The translations under genes and the position numbers were made by a program. From assembly GCA_958295535.1 (NCBI GenBank), contig OY282356.1, positions 2,404,378 to 2,468,377 on the forward strand: a DNA stretch of 64,000 nucleotides. Reading direction: 5' to 3'. Of the stretch, positions 57,320 to 64,000 are shown one piece after another. Source of the stretch: Gemmatimonadota bacterium (GTDB lineage Bacteria; Gemmatimonadota; Gemmatimonadetes; Palauibacterales; Palauibacteraceae). The stretch's first letter is position 1, and every line of letters starts with the position of its first letter. The notes under the pieces are model-generated. The model saw only the letters and a list, made by a program, of their open reading frames with translations, was not told the origin of the DNA and ran no database searches.

Positions 57320-58539
57320 CGCATGACCTCGGTCGAAGTTTCGTGAACCGGAATGCGTCTCAGGGCGTCGGCCCCTACCGGATCTGTCTCTTGGAGCGTG
57401 ACGCGCAGTAGTGGCCAATCTCCCAGCGTCTCGGAGATTCTCGCAAGGTAGCCGGCTTCGCGCTCCCGCCGCGCCGCCATGAAAGGATCGTCCGGCGAAG
57501 CCGAAGCGGCCTCTGGTTCTCCGTCATCGCCAGTGTCTCCTGCGGGAGCGTCGCCCGCAGCCGAGGCGGGGACGCCGACCGCAGCCGGGGCGGGGGTGTC
57601 GATCGCAGCCGGATCAGCAGTAGTGCCCGATGCCGGAGCAGGGGTATCGCCCGCAGCCGGATCAGCAGTAGCGCCCGATGCCGGAAGCACCTTGTTGACG
57701 ACCACCGCGCCGATCGGAATGCCGTTCCGGGCGAGCGCCTCGACGGCCTTCTCCGTCTCCCAGATCGGGAGCCGCTCGGGGGTCACGACGAAGACGAAAG
57801 CCGTCTGCTCCGAGTCGGCGAGCACCCGGCGGGCGCGGTCGAACCGGCTGCGGCGCTCTTCCAACGCCTGAAGCAGCGGGTCGTCGCGCGGAATCTCGTT
57901 CGTGTCGGTGCCGGCCACGTTGTTCCACATCCGGGATATGGCGCCGACCTTCTCCCTCCGCTTGATGAGTCCGCCGATCCAGGCGGACATCGACTCGGGC
58001 AGGGCGAGCAGGCGCAGAGTCTGGCCAGTAGGCGCAGTGTCGAAGACGATCCGGTCGTACTCCTCGGCCTCGTCTTCCAGTATGCGCGTGAACCGGTCGA
58101 AGAGAGCCGCTTCGGCCGCGCCCGGCGACACACGGGCGATGTCGATCTGCCGGTAGACCTCCCCCAGCAGGCGCGGCGGCGCGGCGGAGGCGACACGCGA
58201 CTTGACGGCTTCGATATAGGCGTCCGCCTCGCGCTCCGGATCGATCTCCATCGCCGAGCAGCCCGGGGCCACCGGGCGCGGCCGGCCGTCGAGCCTCGTC
58301 TGGAGAATGTCCGACGTAGAGTGGGCCGGATCGGTAGACACGAGCAGCGTCTTGTAGCCCTCTCTCCCCTCGCCCCTCCGGCCCGCCAGTCGAAGAGCGG
58401 CCGCCGACGCGATCGTCGTCTTCCCTACGCCGCCCTTGCCGCCGAAGAAGAGGATGCGGCGGTCGGGGAAGGGAAATCTGTTCAGCAACAGCGAAATCCC
58501 CCCTCTGGCGGGCGCTCCATCCCCACACGCCGATGCCAT
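57316..58539 (-). CDS. ArsA/GET3-family P-loop ATPase (anion-transporting ATPase-like), coupled to cstA by an ATGA overlap.
   Basis: Deviant Walker A ILFFGGKGGVGKTT. DTAPTG A-motif. C-terminal insertion with a 48-bp tandem repeat encoding ASGATADPAAGDTPAP x2. Start taken at MASAC. Confidence 0.7.
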   Translation of the reverse strand: MASACGDGAPARGGISLLLNRFPFPDRRILFFGGKGGVGKTTIASAAALRLAGRRGEGREGYKTLLVSTDPAHSTSDILQTRLDGRPRPVAPGCSAMEIDPEREADAYIEAVKSRVASAAPPRLLGEVYRQIDIARVSPGAAEAALFDRFTRILEDEAEEYDRIVFDTAPTGQTLRLLALPESMSAWIGGLIKRREKVGAISRMWNNVAGTDTNEIPRDDPLLQALEERRSRFDRARRVLADSEQTAFVFVVTPERLPIWETEKAVEALARNGIPIGAVVVNKVLPASGATADPAAGDTPAPASGTTADPAAIDTPAPAAVGVPASAAGDAPAGDTGDDGEPEAASASPDDPFMAARREREAGYLARISETLGDWPLLRVTLQETDPVGADALRRIPVHETSTEVMR

Positions 58540-58790
58540 TCGTGAAACTCCTCGATGAGCGACGGATAGAGCTCGAGCATGTAGAAGTGCACCGGATTCG
58601 GCACGCCCAGCAGATCCGAGAAGCCGGCCAGCATGAACATGTCGTGCTGCCGCAGGTACTCCCGGTGAATCGCGGAGCGGTACGGGGCGATGTAGAGACC
58701 CTCGTAGATGTCTCTCGCCTCGCTGAGCCATCTGCGCCAGCGGGGTGTCCGGGTCGGGGCGCCCCCATCGTCTGCGGACGCGTCGGGAAG
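58482..58790 (-). CDS. Hypothetical small protein upstream of the ArsA-like gene. Start is undefined, possibly non-ATG.
   Basis: Conserved-looking aromatic-rich segment (YEGLYIAPYRSAIHREYLRQHDMFMLAGFSDLLGVPNPVHFYMLELYPSLIEEFHEWH). The 5' part of the ORF-track frame overlaps the upstream gene. Confidence 0.3.
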   Translation of the reverse strand, partial: LPDASADDGGAPTRTPRWRRWLSEARDIYEGLYIAPYRSAIHREYLRQHDMFMLAGFSDLLGVPNPVHFYMLELYPSLIEEFHEWHRRVGMERPPEGGFRCC

Positions 58791-58801
58791 CGTTCGGCGG
58801 G

Positions 58802-60004
58802 TCAACCTCCCGACTGCCGCCGCTCCCACGCCCTCACGCGAGGAATAGCTTCGTCGAACACCCGCTCGTAGTTGAGGCGTTCCACCTGCGCCCGGGTCTG
58901 GGCATCGAGCCGCTCCCACAGCGGAGCGTACACTTCATGATTGGCCACGTACGACTCCCAGCTCGCCGGGGCCACGGCGTCGGTTCCAAAGAGGAAGCGC
59001 GTCGGATGCCTCGCTATCAGGGCGGCCCACTCATCGCTGCTCGCGGGGTCGCCGACGATGTACTTCGCGACTTCATCCCACGAGATATCCATAAAGACGT
59101 GCGAGAGGCGCGGATCGGACAGCATGCGATCGAGCAGGTCGACATGGCCTTCGCCGGGCGCCACGAACCGGCCTAGTCCCGTATGCGCCCAGATGATGCT
59201 GGTCCCGGGATGAGTAGCGAACAGTCGCATCAGATCGTCGAAGTGATCGGGCGGCTCGGCCGGACGCACATTGTCGATGTCGCAGTGGAGGATGACGACC
59301 AAGCCGATCTCCTCGGCCGCCTCGAGGATGCGCCCCAGCGAAGGATTGCGGAGACTCGGCGCGTGCCCGGAGATCTTGGAGGACACGAACTCCTTGTGAA
59401 TGCTGAACTCGCCGATGCCCGCGAAAACTCCGGGGAACGTCAGCAACACGCGCTTGATGTGGCTGGCGGCGTACATGTCCGCCGGGTTGAATCCCGTGAT
59501 CATCGGATCGATGCGCCGCTGGCCGGCGTCGGACAGCGCCAGGTACTCCTGGGCTATTGCCGCGTCCACGAAAGAGTAGTAGTAGAGCGGAGCGTTCGAG
59601 CGCAGATAGTAGTCCGGGGCCCGGTCCCCCGAAACGAAGTAGTCCCACTTCTGTTGCAGGGGAATGCCGAACATGGCCACCCGGCCCACCCGGTCATCCA
59701 CCATGTCCAGGTACTCCTGCGCGGTAATGCCCTCCTGAATGTAGTTCAGCAGGTGAAAGTGGGAGTCGTTGAAGAGCGGCTCGGCGGCAGGCCGCGACTC
59801 CGGGACGACTAGCGCCGGCTCGGACGCGGAGCCGCTGGCAGCCAACGATGCGGCCGACGATAAAGAAGGGGAGGAAACGGAAGACGAGGAGGCGGCAGGC
59901 GACGACAAAGCAATGGAAGAAGCGGAAGGGGAGGAAACGGAAACAGACGCTGGGTGCGCAGACCGCCCCGCGCCACAACCAGCCAACGCCAGCACGGCGA
60001 TCAT
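58802..60004 (-). CDS. Amidohydrolase-2 (TIM-barrel metal-dependent hydrolase, PF04909-like) lipoprotein with a Ser/Ala-rich linker.
   Basis: Lipoprotein signal MIAVLALAGCGAG. About 45 aa of S/A/P low complexity. Amidohydro_2 motifs (FNDSHFHLLNY, ILHCDID, WAHTG, FGTD). Confidence 0.65.
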   Translation of the reverse strand: MIAVLALAGCGAGRSAHPASVSVSSPSASSIALSSPAASSSSVSSPSLSSAASLAASGSASEPALVVPESRPAAEPLFNDSHFHLLNYIQEGITAQEYLDMVDDRVGRVAMFGIPLQQKWDYFVSGDRAPDYYLRSNAPLYYYSFVDAAIAQEYLALSDAGQRRIDPMITGFNPADMYAASHIKRVLLTFPGVFAGIGEFSIHKEFVSSKISGHAPSLRNPSLGRILEAAEEIGLVVILHCDIDNVRPAEPPDHFDDLMRLFATHPGTSIIWAHTGLGRFVAPGEGHVDLLDRMLSDPRLSHVFMDISWDEVAKYIVGDPASSDEWAALIARHPTRFLFGTDAVAPASWESYVANHEVYAPLWERLDAQTRAQVERLNYERVFDEAIPRVRAWERRQSGG

Positions 60005-60203
60005 CGCGCCGCCGGCCGCAAGCGAGTTACGGCAAGCCCAACGCAGCGACTTCACGGCAAGTCCATCACATCGAATCCTTCGCCTGTTCTCGCGGAGGGG
60101 ACAAATCGGATACGCGGCCAAATGTCGGATAACCGGTACTAGGCGGCAAGGAGCGCTACCTGGCTGCCGGCTGAACTAGCGGCGTAGGTCGTCCTGCCGC
60201 CGC

Positions 60204-61034
60204 CTACCGGGCTTCCCCTGCCTCCGGGCCTCCGCCACGATCCCGTTCTCCACGCCGCCGGAAGGGCATGGCAAGCATTCCGCGCAGCGTCCCCCACTCC
60301 GACCGGGCCACATTCTCGAGACCGAGGCGCAGGCTGCCGGGCTCGGCCCGAAGGCGAAAGCTCCCGAACAGGCGATCCCAGAACGAAAAGATGCTGGAGT
60401 AGTTGGAATCCGTCTCGGGCCGGTAGTCCGAATGGTGCACCCAGTGCATCCGTGGCGTCACGATGAGCCAGCGCAGACACCTGTCGGCCCTTGCCGGCAT
60501 CCGAACATTGCTGTGGTGGAAGAGAATGACCGGGAGGAGGATCGTCTCGTAGACCAGAAGCTCTCCGATCGTCAAGCCCAGCAGCGGCAACACGGCCAGC
60601 CGCACTGTGGAGGAGAGCACGACTTCCCCCGTATGGAAGCGGAGTCCGGAGCTGGCATCCAACTCCGCATCCGCATGGTGCACGGCGTGAAAGCGCCACA
60701 GAAGAGGGACCCTGTGGTTGAGCCGGTGCCAAGCGTATTGCCAAGCGTCGAAGATGATGACCGCCAGGACCACGCGTGCCAGCGACGGCACGTCGACGAG
60801 GTTGAGCAATCCGATCCCGGCGCGGGCGGCGCCCTCCGTAACGAATAGAGTGGCTGCTGCGAAGATGACCGCCGTTATCGCGGCGTTCCCCACTCCGAGC
60901 GCGGCGTTGCGGATGCTGTGCCGAAGGTGATCGCTGCGCCCCTCGAACATCGGGATGGCGCTCTCGGCCAGCCACAGGATGGCTAAGGCGGCCGCGGCGC
61001 CGGCGCCCTTGAAGATCTGGAGGTCATCGAACAT
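60204..61034 (-). CDS. Fatty acid hydroxylase/sterol desaturase superfamily membrane protein.
   Basis: Three His boxes (HRLNH, HAVHHAD, HWVHHSD). 4 TM helices. 276 aa. Confidence 0.75.
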   Translation of the reverse strand: MFDDLQIFKGAGAAAALAILWLAESAIPMFEGRSDHLRHSIRNAALGVGNAAITAVIFAAATLFVTEGAARAGIGLLNLVDVPSLARVVLAVIIFDAWQYAWHRLNHRVPLLWRFHAVHHADAELDASSGLRFHTGEVVLSSTVRLAVLPLLGLTIGELLVYETILLPVILFHHSNVRMPARADRCLRWLIVTPRMHWVHHSDYRPETDSNYSSIFSFWDRLFGSFRLRAEPGSLRLGLENVARSEWGTLRGMLAMPFRRRGERDRGGGPEAGEAR

Positions 61035-61160
61035 GGATGCTCCAACCGCCGGAGCGGCGTCTCGCCTTCACCGCCGGCCGATTCCGAGGCGCGGAAAATG
61101 CCGGGGTCGGTCACGTCCGCCCGGGCGACTCTCGGTAGCCGGGCGCTCCCGGCACGTGCG

Positions 61161-61943
61161 TTACCGGGGCAGAGTCAGAACTTGGCCGGGATAGATCTTG
61201 TTCCCGCGGAGGTTGTTGGCAGAGCGGATTTGGGGCACTGTCGTCGCGTGCCGCCTGGCTATCCCCCAGAGCGAGTCGCCGGGTTGCACCTGGTACTTCC
61301 CCCCCGTCGCGCTTGCACGACGCTCGACATAGGCAGCGTACTGGCGCGGAAAGAGCACCACGTGATAGTGCGGCGGCCGACGTTCGTACGTCGCTTCCAG
61401 CACCCCCGCACCCTCCAGCTGCAACAACGTGCTTTCGAGCCAACCTCGGCACCTGGAGTTCGGACGGCGAAGGTCCAACGCCATCCCGGTGGGGTGCACG
61501 GACCTGGCCGATGCGTTCCTGGGCTGGCGGTTCTGCGGCCGCGTCAGACTCGTCACCACCAGCTGCTCGCCGCAACCCCTTCTGTACTGCGCCGCGAGAC
61601 GCTGAATGAAGAGCTTCACCTCGGGACGCGCGTAGGGGAAGGAAAGGTTATTGAGCCGGAAGTCTCGCGAGTCCCTCACGCGCACGAGATAGCCCGCATT
61701 GACGAAGCGCTCTAGCTGTGCCGCGTTGGCGATATACGTGAAGTCGTGCTCCCGGGCGACCTGGTTCTGCTTGTCGAGGGAGCGAGTGGAGCCGCGGAGA
61801 CTCTGCGCGGCAGCCGGGGATAGCTCCGCAAGACCTGCGACGGAGAAGACGGCAACACCAACCGCTAACGGAATAGAACTTGCGACACCCCGTTTGAAAG
61901 TCGATCCAGTATTCACGATAGACCTCCCCGCACCAATTTCCAC
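61161..61943 (-). CDS. LysM-domain protein (C-terminal LysM, N-terminal uncharacterised domain).
   Basis: C-terminal YQVQPGDSLWGIARRHATTVPQIRSANNL(…)IYPGQVLTLP matches LysM. N-terminal signal-like region. Start is uncertain. Confidence 0.55.
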   Translation of the reverse strand: MEIGAGRSIVNTGSTFKRGVASSIPLAVGVAVFSVAGLAELSPAAAQSLRGSTRSLDKQNQVAREHDFTYIANAAQLERFVNAGYLVRVRDSRDFRLNNLSFPYARPEVKLFIQRLAAQYRRGCGEQLVVTSLTRPQNRQPRNASARSVHPTGMALDLRRPNSRCRGWLESTLLQLEGAGVLEATYERRPPHYHVVLFPRQYAAYVERRASATGGKYQVQPGDSLWGIARRHATTVPQIRSANNLRGNKIYPGQVLTLPR

Positions 61944-62036
61944 GCTGTCGAGAATAGGCGCATAATCATACGCCGCCTGGGATAAGGGAGCAAATTTTGG
62001 CGCCTGGGGTGTCTGGCCGCCCGATTCTTGGCGATC

Positions 62037-63002
62037 CTACGACCTTGATGATCCCGCACCGGCGCCCGACTCGGTTCGCCGAATGCCGAAGAACGACTCC
62101 CGCTGAACGAGGGCGCGGCGCACCCTCTCCGGGTCTGCGCGGGTGAACCGGATACGAGCGCCTGGGCGCGCCTGGGCCAGCGCGTCCAACGCGAGCGGGT
62201 CGACGCTCCCGAGCTTCGGGTAGCCGCCGATCGTCGGCCGGTCGCGCATGAACACGAGCGTGGTCCCGTCGCCCGTGACCTGAACCGTGCCGTCGACGAA
62301 TGGCACGGAGTCCAGCTCCCGCGGCCCGGACGTCAGGGCCGGGCCTGCCAGCCGGCTCGCAATTCGATCGCTCGCCGCATCCAATGTCCACTCCGCCTGG
62401 AATACGCGTTCCCGGTCCACGGCCGAGAAGTCGAGCCACTCGAAGGCGGTGATCAGAGGCAGCGCCACGAGTTTGGCCACGGGCGGCACGAGGCTGGCAG
62501 GCACCTGCCGCAGCCGGGTTCTCCGGTCGGGATCCCTCCAGCGAAGCTCTTCGCCGGGCCGCAGAGCGTTGCCCAGCCAGCCCGGCAGTTCATCGCGCAG
62601 CACGGCGGAGGCGGAGCCGAAGGCCCGTGGGGCTTCGAGCCCGCCCGGGAGCGCCAGATACGCTCGCATCCCGGATGAGCTGTAACCGAGGCGAAGCAGC
62701 TGGCCGGGCCGGGCGCGGATCGCCCGCCAACTTCCCGTCTCCCGGCCATCCAGTTTGGCGGCGCAATCCGCGCCCGCCAGCGCGAAGACGGTCTCGGCGA
62801 GGAAGCGCAGCGCGAAGCCGCCCAGGGTGATCTCGAGCACGGGAGCCGCCGGATCGTTTCCGAGCATCCGGTTGGCCCAGAGGCAGGCGCGCTGGTCCAT
62901 GGCGCCTCCGGGCGTGAGCCCGGCGCGCCGTCCCCGCTGCCTTCCGAGGTCTTGCACCGTGCACAACGGGCCGGGGTTGTCGACGACGCCGTGCGGCTTC
63001 AC
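62037..63002 (-). CDS. pxpC: 5-oxoprolinase subunit C (PxpC; biotin-dependent carboxyltransferase/allophanate hydrolase subunit 2 family).
   Basis: GTG start gives VKPHGVVDNPGPLCTVQDLGR, matching the PxpC N-terminus. GTGA overlap with the pxpB stop. The ORF-track upstream extension is run-through. Confidence 0.7.
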   Translation of the reverse strand: MKPHGVVDNPGPLCTVQDLGRQRGRRAGLTPGGAMDQRACLWANRMLGNDPAAPVLEITLGGFALRFLAETVFALAGADCAAKLDGRETGSWRAIRARPGQLLRLGYSSSGMRAYLALPGGLEAPRAFGSASAVLRDELPGWLGNALRPGEELRWRDPDRRTRLRQVPASLVPPVAKLVALPLITAFEWLDFSAVDRERVFQAEWTLDAASDRIASRLAGPALTSGPRELDSVPFVDGTVQVTGDGTTLVFMRDRPTIGGYPKLGSVDPLALDALAQARPGARIRFTRADPERVRRALVQRESFFGIRRTESGAGAGSSRS

Positions 63003-63697
63003 CGGCACGCGGCAGCGAACTCCTTCGGCCCGATCTGACGAAAGGCGACGCGCGCGCCGGGCGTGAACCGAGCTGTCCGCTCGGCCGCATCCGCAAACAG
63101 CGCGGAGGGCACGCGGCCTATGAGCTGCCACCCGCCCGGGCTGTCCGCCGGATATACGCCGGTTCGCCGGTCGGCGATGCCGACCGATCCGGCGGCGACG
63201 CGCCGCCGCGGCGACGGCCGGCGCGGGGCGGCGATCCGTTCGTCCACATCTCCCAGATAGGCGAAGCCTGGCGCGAAGCCGGTGGCAAGCACGGTGTAGG
63301 TCCTGCCGCAGTGGAGCCCCACCGCCTCCTCGACCGACAGCCCCGCGCCGGCCGCCCAGCTCTCCAAGTCCGGTCCCAGCTCCCTGTCGTAGCAGACCGG
63401 CAGCACTACGCTATCGCCCTCGGCGGGCACAGGGGGCTTGCCTCGCAGACACGCCGCCGCGGCGGCCCGCAGCGTCTTCTCGACCTCGTCTGGCTCCCAT
63501 GTCGCGGGAGACCCTTCGACGAGCAAGCGGTTGAAGGCGGGGATCGTAGCGCGCACATCGACCATGCTGTCGCGCACGAGCCGTTCGAGCGTCAGGACGC
63601 GGGCTATCCCGTGCCGGTCCGCGGCTACCGGAAGCGTGACCAGCGCGCTCGCAGGTCCGGGGAAGGCGACGGTCGCGACTTCCGAACCGGTGGTCAC
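62999..63697 (-). CDS. pxpB: 5-oxoprolinase subunit B (PxpB; KipI/allophanate hydrolase subunit 1 family).
   Basis: Cyclophilin-like KipI fold motifs (VCYDRELGPDL, GFAPGFAYLG, SPGGWQLIG). Probable GTG start at 63697 overlapping the pxpA stop. Confidence 0.7.
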   Translation of the reverse strand: MTTGSEVATVAFPGPASALVTLPVAADRHGIARVLTLERLVRDSMVDVRATIPAFNRLLVEGSPATWEPDEVEKTLRAAAAACLRGKPPVPAEGDSVVLPVCYDRELGPDLESWAAGAGLSVEEAVGLHCGRTYTVLATGFAPGFAYLGDVDERIAAPRRPSPRRRVAAGSVGIADRRTGVYPADSPGGWQLIGRVPSALFADAAERTARFTPGARVAFRQIGPKEFAAACR

Positions 63698-64000
63698 GTC
63701 CTGCGCGGCACAACTTCGCGGATGCGGCCCAACACTTTCGTAGCCGATGGATTGTCGCCGTGTACGCAAAGCGTCTCGGCGGCCACCGCCACGCGGCCCT
63801 CGGCCGTCTCGGCGAATCCCCGCAGCAGATGCCCGACGTGAGCCGCCACCGCGCCTGGATCCGTGAGAACGGCTCCCTCGACCGAGCGAGGTTGCAGCCG
63901 TCCGTCCCCCGCGTACGCGCGGTCGGCGAAAGCCTCGAAGACCAGCTTCAGTCCGGTGTGCGCAAGCATCTTCGCATATCGCTCCCGCTCCGGCGTCGCC
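63694..64000 (-). CDS. pxpA: 5-oxoprolinase subunit A (PxpA/LamB-YcsF family), C-terminal fragment. The gene continues beyond the window end.
   Basis: C-terminal LamB/YcsF signature (TLCVHGDNP). The ORF-track Met at 63969 is an artefact of truncation. Confidence 0.55.
   Translation of the reverse strand, partial: ATPERERYAKMLAHTGLKLVFEAFADRAYAGDGRLQPRSVEGAVLTDPGAVAAHVGHLLRGFAETAEGRVAVAAETLCVHGDNPSATKVLGRIREVVPRRT

Overview
This is a high-GC bacterial chromosomal segment with about 56 supportable genes, mostly metabolic and envelope functions, and one AT-richer islet (about 18.5-20.9 kb) that holds the best candidate for a novel system. Lineage cannot be assigned from sequence alone. Gene style is reminiscent of Gemmatimonadota-like genomes: many 4-nt GTGA/ATGA start-stop overlaps, TonB receptors with carboxypeptidase-regulatory N-termini, and choice-of-anchor-B/FG-GAP proteins. 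Housekeeping content includes mdh, rho, class I fructose-bisphosphate aldolase, a TrmJ-like methyltransferase, a MiaB-family methylthiotransferase, proline dehydrogenase, pxpABC, cstA and four tRNAs. Catabolic content includes two secreted amidohydrolases, a PQQ dehydrogenase with a PotD/F-type binding protein, a GcvT-like aminomethyltransferase coupled to two CrtI-family oxidoreductases, a DUF4212-like small subunit with a sodium:solute symporter, a HutF-like deiminase, a FAH-family hydrolase and cyanophycinase. The islet sits beside tRNA-Gly(TCC) and carries an OLD/ABC-type AAA ATPase plus a small unknown ORF, which I read as a candidate two-gene defence or abortive-infection module. Other notable loci are a radical SAM/SPASM gene and a DedA gene separated by a 27-bp degenerate repeat array next to a three-tRNA cluster, and a 1531-aa secreted M14-peptidase protein translationally coupled to a cytochrome c. 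Also notable are an ArsA/GET3-like ATPase coupled to cstA and several short intragenic and intergenic tandem repeats. No transposase, integrase or CRISPR array was seen. Coordinates I derived myself (tRNAs, repeats, corrected starts) may be off by a few nt.
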